The notes beneath the pieces are model-generated. The model had not been told where the DNA came from, did not search any database, and saw only the letters and a list, made by a program, of their open reading frames with translations. This document shows, piece by piece, positions 16,611-26,151 of a stretch of 48,446 bases of DNA. Position 1 is the first letter of the stretch. Each line of letters opens with the position of its first letter. The position numbers and the translations under genes were made by a program. Source of the DNA: an uncultured Erysipelotrichaceae bacterium (GTDB lineage Bacteria; Bacillota_I; Bacilli_A; Erysipelotrichales; Erysipelotrichaceae); contig CAZQFM010000001.1 of NCBI GenBank assembly GCA_964592705.1, forward strand, positions 1-48,446, read 5' to 3'.

Positions 16611-17723
16611 CTATGCCATCTCTTTCACTATTTCAACTAATATGGACGAAACAGCTACCATATCATCAATTTTAATAAACTCTTTTACAGTATGTACTTT
16701 ACTCATTCCCGTTGCTAAATTGACACTTGTAATCCCTTTTTCATTATAAATATTAGCATCACTTGCACCCATACTAAAAGCAAAGTTAGGTTCATATCCT
16801 GCTTTTTCACAAGCAGTCTTAACAACATTACAAATAGAACTATCTAAGCTAATTTTATAACCTGGTGTTTTCACCGTAACTTGATTATCCAGTGTAGCAC
16901 CCCACTCTTTACAAGTTTGTTCAAACGTAGTATGTACTTCTTTTAAAAGAGAAAGCAGTTTTTCTTTTTCTAAACTACGTGCTTCAAATAACATACGTAT
17001 GGAAGGCATAACAATATTAGAAGCTAAACCACCCTCAACTACTCCAACATTACATGTTGTTTCTTCATCAATTCTTCCTATCTTTAATTTAGAAATAGCA
17101 TGGGATGCAACTACAAACGCATTAACCCCTTTCTCAGGTGCAATACCAGCATGTGCTTCTAATCCATGAATGATAATATCTCCACTTGCACTATATGGTG
17201 CTGCATGAATCACTTTTCCAGGATCTCCACTACTATCTAAGATAAAAGCACAATCAATTGGTCCATGTGCATGAACATCAAATGCTTTTGCGCCAAATAA
17301 ACCAGCTTCTTCTGCGATACTAAAAACCATAATGATTTCAGGATGATCTAAATTTTGTTCTTTTATTTGATGAATAAGTTCTAAAATAGCTACAATACCA
17401 CTTTTATCATCTCCACCTAGAACACTTGTTTCATCTGTTTTAATGATACCATCTTCGACAATGGGATGAATACATTCACAAGGAGAAACCGTATCCATAT
17501 GTGCAGATAACATAATTCTCTTCTTACCAGGAGCTCTTAATATCCCTACAACATTCCCACTATTACCATCAATTGTTTCTCCAGCTTTATCTTCATAAAC
17601 TTCAACACCATGTTCTTTTAAATATTTTATAAGAAAATCTGCCATCGCTCTTTCTTTCCCACTAGGAGAAGAAAGGCGTACCATATCTAAAAATGTATTT
17701 GTTAAACGCTCTTTATTTATCAT
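16611..17723 (-). CDS. M20-family metallopeptidase (PepT-like/YqjE-like tripeptidase)
   Basis: 370 aa with metal-ligand contexts ...LSAHMDTV..., ...GGDDKSG... and ...SIAEEAGLFGA.... Confidence 0.75.
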   Translation of the reverse strand: MINKERLTNTFLDMVRLSSPSGKERAMADFLIKYLKEHGVEVYEDKAGETIDGNSGNVVGILRAPGKKRIMLSAHMDTVSPCECIHPIVEDGIIKTDETSVLGGDDKSGIVAILELIHQIKEQNLDHPEIIMVFSIAEEAGLFGAKAFDVHAHGPIDCAFILDSSGDPGKVIHAAPYSASGDIIIHGLEAHAGIAPEKGVNAFVVASHAISKLKIGRIDEETTCNVGVVEGGLASNIVMPSIRMLFEARSLEKEKLLSLLKEVHTTFEQTCKEWGATLDNQVTVKTPGYKISLDSSICNVVKTACEKAGYEPNFAFSMGASDANIYNEKGITSVNLATGMSKVHTVKEFIKIDDMVAVSSILVEIVKEMA

Positions 17724-17778
17724 AAATAGTCCTTCTTTCTTATCGTATATCTATATTCTTCCACAAATGAAAAGAATA

Positions 17779-19098
17779 TTACATTTTCATGCTTTCATCA
17801 TGGATCACTTTATAAATCAATTTCTCTTTTTCTACTTTTTCATCACTAAATACATATGTATGATAAAATTCATCTTTCCAGTCTTGTAATAAATCCATAT
17901 TTGTATGTATTTCTGCTAATATATCTCCTTGCTCAACATAATCTCCTACTTTTTTTCTTAGTACAATACCTACAGCATGATCAATTGTTTCCTCTTTTGT
18001 TCGTCTACCAGCACCTAATTTCATCGCTAATGTCCCTAGTGCTAAAGCATTCATATGCTTTACATAACCAGAAGTAAGAGATGGTAAAGGGATAATATGA
18101 GCAGCTTGTGGCAATTGATCAGGATGTAATATTTGATTAACATCTCCACCTTGTGCACTTACCATTGCTTGTAACTTCTTAAATGCAGAACCATCTTCTA
18201 TACATTTCTTTAACATTGCTTCCCCTTCATGAATAGAAGAAGCAATCTTCGCTTGTACAAGCATAATGCTACCAGCCTCCATACATAACGCTTCAAAATC
18301 CTTAGGCCCTCTTCCACATAAAGTATCAATCGCTTCTTTTACTTCCAATGCATTTCCAATCGCATCACCAAGTGGTTGATTCATATTAGAAATGATAACA
18401 CTTGTTTCCTTTCCTAAGTTTTTACCGATACGAATCATAACACGAGCTAACTCTTCTGCTTGTTCAGCCGTTTCCATAAAGGCACCTGCTCCAAATTTTA
18501 CATCTAACAAAATACTATCAGCCCCTGATGCTAACTTCTTTGACATAATACTTGATGCAATTAAAGGTATAGAATTTACTGTTCCCGTAACATCACGTAA
18601 TGCATATAATTTTTTATCTGCAGGCACAAGAGATCGTGTTTGTCCAATAATAGATAAACCGATATCATTCACTTGCTTCTTGAACTGTGCTTCCTCTAAA
18701 TGAATTTGAAAACCTCGTATAGATTCTACTTTATCCAATGTTCCACCTGTATGTCCTAAGCCACGACCACTCATTTTCGCAATTTTACCCCCGCATGCTG
18801 CTACCATAGGAAGTAAACTTAAACTTGTTTTATCTCCAACACCACCAGTAGAATGTTTATCACACTTTACTCCTTTAATATCTCGTAAATCCATAATATC
18901 GCCACTCTCTAACATGGCTTGTGTTAGATAAGTAGTTTCTTGCTCATTCATACCTTGAAAATATACAGCCATTAGAAAAGCACTTGCTTGATAATCAGGA
19001 ATATCTCCCTTTGTGTATCCTTTGATAAAAAACTGAAGTTCTTCTCTTGATAAAGCATTTCCTTCTTTTTTCTTTTCAATTAAATCAATGAAGCGCAT
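17779..19098 (-). CDS. pdp: Pyrimidine-nucleoside (thymidine) phosphorylase
   Basis: 439 aa with ...DKHSTGGVGDKTSL... and ...SGRGLGHTGGTLDKVE... motifs. Confidence 0.9.
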   Translation of the reverse strand: MRFIDLIEKKKEGNALSREELQFFIKGYTKGDIPDYQASAFLMAVYFQGMNEQETTYLTQAMLESGDIMDLRDIKGVKCDKHSTGGVGDKTSLSLLPMVAACGGKIAKMSGRGLGHTGGTLDKVESIRGFQIHLEEAQFKKQVNDIGLSIIGQTRSLVPADKKLYALRDVTGTVNSIPLIASSIMSKKLASGADSILLDVKFGAGAFMETAEQAEELARVMIRIGKNLGKETSVIISNMNQPLGDAIGNALEVKEAIDTLCGRGPKDFEALCMEAGSIMLVQAKIASSIHEGEAMLKKCIEDGSAFKKLQAMVSAQGGDVNQILHPDQLPQAAHIIPLPSLTSGYVKHMNALALGTLAMKLGAGRRTKEETIDHAVGIVLRKKVGDYVEQGDILAEIHTNMDLLQDWKDEFYHTYVFSDEKVEKEKLIYKVIHDESMKM

Positions 19099-19112
19099 GT
19101 TCCTTCCTCCCT

Positions 19113-19583
19113 TTATTTTCTTATATAATGTATAAGTGTAAATCCATCTTTTCGATCTTTTGACTCTACATTAAAGGCATCTACATCATAAAATGGAAAG
19201 TATGTATCCGCATCATATATTCCATCTACAAGTGAAACCCACATTTCATCTACATATGGTAATGCTTGTTCATAAATAGAAGCTCCTCCACAAATCATAA
19301 GGACTTCTTCTTTCTTTTGATACTCTTTTAATAAGTCATGAAAATCATGTATTACGCAAACATCTGGATGCTGTACATTATATTGTCTATTATTCGTAAC
19401 CACATACGTAAAACGATCGGGTAAAGGTTTTTTTAAAGATGTAAATGTCGTTCTTCCCATCACAATCTTATGATGAAGTGTCAAACGTTTGAAACACTGT
19501 AAATCTTCTGGTAAGTTCCAGGGCATCCAACCTTCATAACCTATACCACGCTTTTCATCATGGGCAACGATTAAAGAGATCAT
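19113..19583 (-). CDS. folA: Dihydrofolate reductase
   Basis: 156 aa with an N-terminal MISLIVA...GIG..G.MPW pattern. Immediately downstream of thyA, with stop and start overlapping. Confidence 0.9.
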   Translation of the reverse strand: MISLIVAHDEKRGIGYEGWMPWNLPEDLQCFKRLTLHHKIVMGRTTFTSLKKPLPDRFTYVVTNNRQYNVQHPDVCVIHDFHDLLKEYQKKEEVLMICGGASIYEQALPYVDEMWVSLVDGIYDADTYFPFYDVDAFNVESKDRKDGFTLIHYIRK

Positions 19584-20455
19584 TAGACACTCACCTTCCC
19601 CGTAATTTTGTCATGACTTTCATAATTTTCTAAAGTAAAATCTTCAAATGTAAAATCATGGATATTCATAATAGCAGGATTTATTTTTAGTGTACAAAGT
19701 TTCATTGGTTTTCTAGAACACTGTAGTTGAATTTGTTCAAGATGATCATGATAAATATGTACATCCCCAAAGGTATGAACAAAATCTTTTACTTCATAAC
19801 CACATACTTGGGCTATCATATGTGTTAACAACGCATAAGAAGCAATATTGAAAGGTACACCTAAAAAGACATCTGCACTTCGTTGATATAATTGACATGA
19901 TAAGTACTTTTTATCAGCACTTACATAAAATTGCATAAAAGCATGACATGGTGGTAAAGCCATATCTTTTATTTGGGCTGGATTCCATGCACTCACAATA
20001 TGTCTTCTAGAAAATGGATTTTCTTTCAATCCTTTTATGAGCTCTTCTATCTGATCTACACCAAAGAAATCTCTCCATTGTTTCCCATACACAGGTCCCA
20101 GTTCTCCATATTGTTTTGCGAATGCATCATCTGTTTTAATCTTATCAATAAATGTTTGCATATCTTCGCCAGCATAATCCTTAGACTGTTTATATTTCTC
20201 AAAAGGCCACTCATTCCATATACGCACATTTTTTTCTACTAATGGACGTATATTCGTATTTCCTGTTAAAAACCATAATAACTCTTCTGCAATCCCTTTA
20301 AAATATACTTTCTTAGTTGTTAGAAGAGGAAAGCCTTCTTGTAAATCAAAACGCATTTGATAACCAAATACAGACTTGGTCCCTGTCCCTGTTCGATCTT
20401 TTCTATCTTCACCATATTCTAAAATATGATGACAAAGCTCTAAATATTGTTTCAT
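19583..20455 (-). CDS. thyA: Thymidylate synthase (ThyA type)
   Basis: 290 aa with ...DRTGTGT..., ...LPPCH.F.QFYV... and ...[20 protein letters not shown].... Confidence 0.95.
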   Translation of the reverse strand: MKQYLELCHHILEYGEDRKDRTGTGTKSVFGYQMRFDLQEGFPLLTTKKVYFKGIAEELLWFLTGNTNIRPLVEKNVRIWNEWPFEKYKQSKDYAGEDMQTFIDKIKTDDAFAKQYGELGPVYGKQWRDFFGVDQIEELIKGLKENPFSRRHIVSAWNPAQIKDMALPPCHAFMQFYVSADKKYLSCQLYQRSADVFLGVPFNIASYALLTHMIAQVCGYEVKDFVHTFGDVHIYHDHLEQIQLQCSRKPMKLCTLKINPAIMNIHDFTFEDFTLENYESHDKITGKVSV

Positions 20456-20459
20456 ATGC

Positions 20460-21167
20460 TTATTTATCCTTTCTGACCTTTAATTCCTCAATTTCTTGTT
20501 GCGTTAAATAACGATATTCACCTTTAGCCAAAGTTTCATCTAAGGTAAGTGGCCCCATGCGAACTCGTTTTAAATATAGAACCTCATTCCCTAAACATTT
20601 CATCATTCGCTTAATCTGATGATACTTTCCTTCACAAATCGTTAAATAGATTTTCGTATGATGAATTACCTCTACTCTAGCAGGCAAACATTGTTCATGA
20701 TTCCCTATATACATTCCACTCTCAAGAGTACGAATATCACTTTCTTGCAATGCCTGTTTCAAATGGACAAGATATGTTTTTTCAACATGTTTTTTAGGAG
20801 CTAGTAAATCATGTGCCAATGCACCATCATTTGTTATAAGAACAAGCCCTTCTGTATCAATATCTAAGCGACCTACTGGAAAACACCCTTTTGGTAAAGT
20901 ATCTTTTATCAAATCTAAAACAGTCAATCGTTCTCTATCTTTAGTTGCGGAAAGAACACCAGATGGTTTATGAAGCATGATATATACATTACTATCGAAT
21001 GATATGAGCTTATCATCTACATGAAGAATATCTTCTTGTAAATGAATCTTACGATCCATTTGTGTACAAACTTCAGCATTTACTTTCACTCGTTTCTTTC
21101 GTATAATCTCTTTTACCTCTTTTCTCGTGCCTAATCCTGCATGAGCTAATACCTTATCTAGTCTCAC
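20460..21167 (-). CDS. RsuA/RluB-family pseudouridine synthase with an N-terminal S4 domain
   Basis: [17 protein letters not shown] (S4 domain) and the catalytic ...[17 protein letters not shown]... motif. Confidence 0.85.
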   Translation of the reverse strand: MRLDKVLAHAGLGTRKEVKEIIRKKRVKVNAEVCTQMDRKIHLQEDILHVDDKLISFDSNVYIMLHKPSGVLSATKDRERLTVLDLIKDTLPKGCFPVGRLDIDTEGLVLITNDGALAHDLLAPKKHVEKTYLVHLKQALQESDIRTLESGMYIGNHEQCLPARVEVIHHTKIYLTICEGKYHQIKRMMKCLGNEVLYLKRVRMGPLTLDETLAKGEYRYLTQQEIEELKVRKDK

Positions 21168-22798
21168 TTTGCTTTTCTCAACTTTCCTAGGATTTGGGAT
21201 GCATCCATATGAAATATAGTTTGAGGTAACTGAAAGAAATAAGTAATTCCTATATAAGTAGCGATTGCTAAAATACCACCAATAGCTAATTCTACCATAG
21301 CTTGTATTCTTCCAACATCATATCCTTTCCATCCAATAACTTGCATTATCCAAGCAACAACAGCTATACCTAAAGTTCCTATTAACATAAACACTACTTT
21401 TCGTAATGTATATCCCCATTCTATATCATGGTGCTTCCAAATAATATAAGCATCTAAAACAACAAACATTCCCATTGATATAAAACTGGATATAACAGCA
21501 CCTGGATATCCAAACCATGCAATCATAGGATATGTTAACATAACTTTAATCGCAACACTGATCACTTGGTTTTGAATATTCTCCTTCCGTAATCCTGCAG
21601 CCATCATAAGAGCTGTAAAAATAGGCGCAATCGTACCGATAAAAGCTTCTATCGAGTACCAAGATAAAATTTCTGAACATAATTGTAAATTCTCTTTAGG
21701 ATTATACAATACATAGTAAATCGGTTTTGCAAAAGCAAATAAACAAAAAGAAATAGGGATTCCAATATACAAAACAGAATCTACACAATCTCGCATATTC
21801 TTTTGAATCAATTTCCGATTTTTTTGGGCAATTGCTGTTGTAATATAAGGGATAATAGCTGCCGAAAAACCTGGTGCTAAAATCATCGGTATCGACATCA
21901 GTTTATTGACTCCTAACGTAATAGCACCTACAATCGCATCGGATTGTAACACATCTCCATGTGCTGCTAACCCCTTTGGTAAAAACATAAGATTAATCAT
22001 ACTATCACTATATCCTAAAATAGCAACAAGTAAATATGGAAAAGCAATCAATACTAATTCTTGTAAAATGACTTTTACATTATTGTTATGAGCAATCTCT
22101 TGTTTTTTCGCAAGTCTATGTAGATCTTTCATCTTTTTTCGATCATATAACTTAATATGTATAATAGCCAAAATAGCAGAAATACTAGTAGATAACACAC
22201 CGAAATAAACAGCCCATATACGTTGTTGACCAAATACATATATCGCTAAAGCACTTGCACCTAGTAAAAAGATAACACGTGAAATTTGTTCAAGAACTTG
22301 TGATAAAGCATATACTTCCATTTCTTTTAATCCTTGATAAAATCCCCTTATACCACTTAATATAGGCACAAAAAATAAGGCAAACGAAATAATAATTAAT
22401 ACATTTCGCATAATCATAATTTCACTTTCACTAGCATTTTGTGCAATCATCAACGACGCTAATGGTTTAGCAAATAGTATAAGAAACAACATACTGACAA
22501 ACCCTAAGACAACCATAACAGCCGTAGATAATTTTTTTACTAATAAGGATGTTTTATAATCATCACGAGAAGAATATTTCGCAATTAATGTAGCTATCGC
22601 AAAAGGAAAACCTGCAATAGATACATTTAATATATAAGAATAAATTTGATAAGCTACACCATAGTAGGTCTGGTTAGCTGCTGTTTCTAAAATCGCATTA
22701 AAAGGAATCACATAGATAATTCCAATTAATTTAGAAACAAAGATACCGGCAGAACTGATAAGTCCTCCTGTAATAATGGATTGTTTTTTTATTGACAT
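21164..22798 (-). CDS. MOP-superfamily flippase (YtgP/SpoVB/MurJ-like polysaccharide or lipid II flippase)
   Basis: 544-aa protein with about 14 TM segments. Adjacent to the pseudouridine synthase, as ytgP is adjacent to ytzG in B. subtilis. Confidence 0.7.
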   Translation of the reverse strand: MSIKKQSIITGGLISSAGIFVSKLIGIIYVIPFNAILETAANQTYYGVAYQIYSYILNVSIAGFPFAIATLIAKYSSRDDYKTSLLVKKLSTAVMVVLGFVSMLFLILFAKPLASLMIAQNASESEIMIMRNVLIIISFALFFVPILSGIRGFYQGLKEMEVYALSQVLEQISRVIFLLGASALAIYVFGQQRIWAVYFGVLSTSISAILAIIHIKLYDRKKMKDLHRLAKKQEIAHNNNVKVILQELVLIAFPYLLVAILGYSDSMINLMFLPKGLAAHGDVLQSDAIVGAITLGVNKLMSIPMILAPGFSAAIIPYITTAIAQKNRKLIQKNMRDCVDSVLYIGIPISFCLFAFAKPIYYVLYNPKENLQLCSEILSWYSIEAFIGTIAPIFTALMMAAGLRKENIQNQVISVAIKVMLTYPMIAWFGYPGAVISSFISMGMFVVLDAYIIWKHHDIEWGYTLRKVVFMLIGTLGIAVVAWIMQVIGWKGYDVGRIQAMVELAIGGILAIATYIGITYFFQLPQTIFHMDASQILGKLRKAK

Positions 22799-22803
22799 AA
22801 AGA

Positions 22804-23373
22804 TTACTCTGAAGCTGTTTGCTCCGTTGTATCATTTGATGAAGCTTGTAATCCTACTTCTTTTTGTTCATCTTGATACTCATATGTATAATTAAAAAAA
22901 ACTTTCGTCGTCTTTAATTTTGCATAGTCTTTCCAGGTAACCATTACATTTAATGTAAACTTAGGAGAAGAAGATTGTCCACTTAATTGTACACCAGAGT
23001 AATAACCATCTTCTTTTTTAGATTGAAATGGAATCATAGTATATTTTTCATTCATATCATCAGTAAGACCTAAATTAGGCATCCACTCCTTACTCGCATC
23101 AACATTCTTATTTAAAACCATCATCTCAATATCATACATGGCAACTTTTGGATTATGAATCGTAACACTATATTCATACATACCATCTTTGCTTTTGGTA
23201 ACTTCTAAACGATGTTCAAATGGAATATTCGTAGATTCTGCCCCTTTATTATCAATAATCGCTTCCATGAAACTTTTATAATTATTTAACATTTCCTGCT
23301 CTTTCTTCGTTGAACGTTTACACCCACTTAACAATACAACGATCATTATGCAAAAGATTCCTAATTTTCGCAT
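22804..23373 (-). CDS. Lipoprotein of unknown function
   Basis: Signal peptide with the lipobox LLSGC near the N-terminus. No recognisable family. Confidence 0.6.
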   Translation of the reverse strand: MRKLGIFCIMIVVLLSGCKRSTKKEQEMLNNYKSFMEAIIDNKGAESTNIPFEHRLEVTKSKDGMYEYSVTIHNPKVAMYDIEMMVLNKNVDASKEWMPNLGLTDDMNEKYTMIPFQSKKEDGYYSGVQLSGQSSSPKFTLNVMVTWKDYAKLKTTKVFFNYTYEYQDEQKEVGLQASSNDTTEQTASE

Positions 23374-23390
23374 AAAATCACCTCAGCATT

Positions 23391-23420
23391 ATTATAACAT
23401 AATAATGATATGAACGATAA
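23391..23420 (-). promoter_or_regulatory. Candidate extended -10 promoter (TGTTATAAT) for the lipoprotein-flippase-rsuA-thyA gene string
   Basis: TATAAT is rc of 23391..23396, with TG at rc 23398..23399. The -35 is weak. It lies just after the terminator of the upstream small gene. Confidence 0.4.
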
Positions 23421-23430
23421 AAAAGATAAA

Positions 23431-23456
23431 GAAAAAACTTCACATTTGTGAAGTTT
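23431..23456 (-). terminator. Intrinsic terminator after the small Cys-rich gene
   Basis: Minus-strand ACTTCAC-AAAT-GTGAAGT followed by TTTTTT, beginning at the stop codon. Confidence 0.75.
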
Positions 23457-23619
23457 AATTTCCGCAATTACAACGAAATGATTTACATGCCGTCTCATGT
23501 GATTCATTTGGTAATATACAATCATCACAACAAATACTAATGGTTTTTGCACAACATCTATTGTCTTTGTGGAATACACATGAATGTACATTACATAAGA
23601 TTTCAGTTTTATTGTTCAT
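23455..23619 (-). CDS. Small cysteine-rich protein, DUF1540-like (54 aa: MNNKTEILCNVHSCVFHKDNRCCAKTISICCDDCILPNESHETACKSFRCNCGN)
   Basis: Not in the ORF track. ATG at 23619 is preceded by GAGGAGGTG. It contains 10 Cys and the pattern C.V..C.[FY]H....C.A..I seen in DUF1540 proteins of spore formers. A terminator follows directly. Confidence 0.7.
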   Translation of the reverse strand: MNNKTEILCNVHSCVFHKDNRCCAKTISICCDDCILPNESHETACKSFRCNCGN

Positions 23620-23642
23620 ACCAGCACCTCCTCAATAATAGT

Positions 23643-23840
23643 TTAACCAAGACTTTCAGAGCTATCCATATAGATGAGAAGTGCTGAAAAGCAATAAATT
23701 TGTTCATCATTCATAAAACAAGTAGAAGTTGAAAATTTAATATCACACACTTTGATTGTTGGATGATCGCTTATAAAATGGTTCACTGCATCACTAAGAT
23801 CATCTTCATGATCTTCATCAAATACTTTCACTTTTACCAT
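23643..23840 (-). CDS. Cse60-like small sporulation protein (YteV family)
   Basis: 65 aa, MVKVKVFDEDHEDDLSDAVNHFISD...IKFSTS....EQIYCFSALLIY. The pattern matches my recollection of the sigma-E controlled Cse60 family. Confidence 0.55.
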   Translation of the reverse strand: MVKVKVFDEDHEDDLSDAVNHFISDHPTIKVCDIKFSTSTCFMNDEQIYCFSALLIYMDSSESLG

Positions 23841-23868
23841 ATTATCACCAAAAAAATATTATCAAATA

Positions 23869-24732
23869 TTATGATAAAAGATTTTCGAATACTGTCGAAT
23901 CCATATATTCATCTACAATACTTTGTAAATCTTGTGTTAAGGGAACTAATGGTAATCGAACAATATTTTTACATCGATTCAATTTCATTAGGATATATTT
24001 TAAAGTAACAGGTGATCCTCCCATGAATACATAAGCTGCACTACATACAAGTTTTTCCACGAGTTCTTGATTTTCTTCCTCGATACATTCACGCATCTTT
24101 CTTAAATAAATATGAGACATAACAGAAATGATACCACACATTCCTGCTGCCTTCCCTTCCATAAAATAATTATCTTCTCCACTATATATTTGAAAATGAG
24201 GATATTTTTGATGAAGCTTTTGAATACCAGATAAATCATGAGATGCATGTTTTAGTGCAACTATATTGGAACATTCTTGTAAGAGGCGATCAGTTGTACT
24301 CCATTCTAAAGAAACTCCTGTTCTAGATGGTACATCGTACAACATAATCTTTGTTTGTATTTGATTAGCAATTGTTTTGTAATGTGCATACAATCCTTCT
24401 TGGGAAGGCTTATTATAATATGGAGTAACAAGTAATACACCATCAATATCATATCCTTGCGCTTTTTTACAAAGGGATATCGTTGCTTGTGTATCATTAC
24501 ACCCACATCCAAACCATATCTCAACCTGATGCTTTGTTTCCTCTAAAACAAATGCTAATATAGAAAACTTTTCTTCTTCACTTAATGTTGGTGCTTCAGC
24601 TGTTGTCCCACATACAATAAAACCATCCACACCATTTTGTAATTGTTCCTGGATAATACCTTTTAATGCTATAAAGTCGATACTACCATCTTCTTGAAAG
24701 GGTGTGATTAATGCTGTCATAATATTAAACAT
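23869..24732 (-). CDS. dapA: 4-hydroxy-tetrahydrodipicolinate synthase
   Basis: 287-aa DapA/NAL-family TIM barrel (...TALITPF...GTTAE...). Located immediately after dpaAB. Confidence 0.85.
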   Translation of the reverse strand: MFNIMTALITPFQEDGSIDFIALKGIIQEQLQNGVDGFIVCGTTAEAPTLSEEEKFSILAFVLEETKHQVEIWFGCGCNDTQATISLCKKAQGYDIDGVLLVTPYYNKPSQEGLYAHYKTIANQIQTKIMLYDVPSRTGVSLEWSTTDRLLQECSNIVALKHASHDLSGIQKLHQKYPHFQIYSGEDNYFMEGKAAGMCGIISVMSHIYLRKMRECIEEENQELVEKLVCSAAYVFMGGSPVTLKYILMKLNRCKNIVRLPLVPLTQDLQSIVDEYMDSTVFENLLS

Positions 24733-25309
24733 GTAGAGCTCCTAATAATATAGGTTGTATCTGTTTATTTTTTAAAGCTAAATCACATGTTTTTTCAAGA
24801 AGATCCCAATCAGCAACGACACTATATGCTTTACTATGAGGAGCATCCTGGCGAAAAGGAATTACATAGATATATTTTCGATCAATTAAGGAAAAGAAAT
24901 TAGCTGCCGATGCCCCCAATACATCGTTACTCGCAATACCTACAACAACATTTTTCTGATTACGAATCATCGCTTTAGCAGCTAAAGCAACTGGATGATC
25001 ATAAATACCATGACGGATTCTTGCACATACCGTTGCTGTCATAGGCGCAATAATCATCAAATCATAGATATTATCAGGACCAACTGTTTCTGCTTGTACA
25101 ATCGTATGCATGACACTTTGCTTCGTAATATCTTCTAATTGCTTTAAGAAATCTTCACGATTAAAAAAACGTGTAGAATCACGATACACATGATCACTAA
25201 CAACAACTTTTACTTCGTTATGTTCACATAACTTTTGTAATTGTTTCAAAATATGGTGATGATTGCAAAAGGAACCACTAATCCCAAATAATATTTTTTT
25301 ATTCTTCAT
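24725..25309 (-). CDS. dpaB: Dipicolinate synthase subunit B (flavoprotein family)
   Basis: 194 aa with an N-terminal ...ILFGISGSFC... flavoprotein motif. Overlaps both dpaA and dapA. Confidence 0.85.
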   Translation of the reverse strand: MKNKKILFGISGSFCNHHHILKQLQKLCEHNEVKVVVSDHVYRDSTRFFNREDFLKQLEDITKQSVMHTIVQAETVGPDNIYDLMIIAPMTATVCARIRHGIYDHPVALAAKAMIRNQKNVVVGIASNDVLGASAANFFSLIDRKYIYVIPFRQDAPHSKAYSVVADWDLLEKTCDLALKNKQIQPILLGALHV

Positions 25310-26075
25310 GTATATTATCCCTCACAAACTTCGCAATCAAACGACCTGCACTTTTATAAGCGATCATACTAGGTAAATTACCTGCTTTTATAACACGTAT
25401 TCCTAATACTTGTGCTGTATCCATATCAATAACATCTGGAGTTGCTATATCTATAATTAATGGCTTTGATTCCCATGATCCAAGCACTTCTTTCTTTAGT
25501 ATTTTCTGGATGCTCGTATTAATAATCACCGAAGATGGTTCTTCGTGTATCCATGTATCAACACTCATAAACTCTTTTGTTTCTTCTACTTCTCTTCGTA
25601 TCACTCTCACATCAATGCCTAAACCCGTTAACCAATCAACAATAGCTTTCCCACATCTTCCATAACCGATAACATCTACTTGTAACTCTTTAATAGAAGT
25701 AGGAGTATTATCAATTAATAAGAATAAAATGCCTTCTGCTGTCAATTGTGCATTTTCAAGTAATAACTCCTCATCTTGCATATAATACATTACCTTACAT
25801 GGTAAAGCATCAAGAAAAGGATGAGCAAGACCAGCAAACACTATACAGGATGGAGATAAATTCTCCCAAAAAGAAGATGGAATATGAAGTTTTTTACCAT
25901 TTGCTGTAATATTCCCTTCTTCATCAATACCTTTAACTGGTAAAACCAATACATCAATATTTGATACATCATCAAAATTAGTAAATTCATGAATAGCAGT
26001 AACAGCATACTTATGTGATAAAGCAAAGTATACCTCTTGCATTCTTTGATCATTGTTCACAACAGCTATATTCAT
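25299..26075 (-). CDS. dpaA: Dipicolinate synthase subunit A
   Basis: 258 aa. The N-terminus aligns with SpoVFA (NIAVVNNDQRMQEV vs KIAVIGGDARQLEI). Rossmann motif VIGYGRCGKA. Confidence 0.8.
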   Translation of the reverse strand: MNIAVVNNDQRMQEVYFALSHKYAVTAIHEFTNFDDVSNIDVLVLPVKGIDEEGNITANGKKLHIPSSFWENLSPSCIVFAGLAHPFLDALPCKVMYYMQDEELLLENAQLTAEGILFLLIDNTPTSIKELQVDVIGYGRCGKAIVDWLTGLGIDVRVIRREVEETKEFMSVDTWIHEEPSSVIINTSIQKILKKEVLGSWESKPLIIDIATPDVIDMDTAQVLGIRVIKAGNLPSMIAYKSAGRLIAKFVRDNIHEE

Positions 26076-26121
26076 AAGTACCTCCTCACTGTATTGTATG
26101 TAACTCTAGGCATTTGGTACA

Positions 26122-26149
26122 TAAAAAAGAGTGCTTTATACACACTCTT
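26122..26149 (-). terminator. Intrinsic terminator after tyrS
   Basis: Minus-strand AGAGTG-tgtataaag-CACTCT followed by TTTTTT. Confidence 0.8.
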
Positions 26150-26151
26150 GT

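Noticed and set aside
23361-23591. 76-aa ORF from the track (MYIHVYSTKTIDVV...)
   Set aside because: It has no RBS and implausible composition, and it overlaps the start of the downstream lipoprotein gene. The same DNA holds a much better 54-aa Cys-rich ORF in another frame (23455..23619) with a strong RBS and terminator.
23880-23900. 0A-box-like TGTCGAA next to TTCGAAT at the 3' end of dapA
   Set aside because: It is a single 7-mer inside coding sequence, which is expected by chance. No second box or promoter context is present.
26092-26118. Sigma-K-like promoter AC-16 nt-CATACAATA upstream of dpaA
   Set aside because: The sequence match to the mother-cell consensus is good. However, the -10 element ends only 4 nt from the Shine-Dalgarno sequence, so the transcript would start inside the RBS. 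I keep it only as a possibility to be tested by 5'-end mapping.
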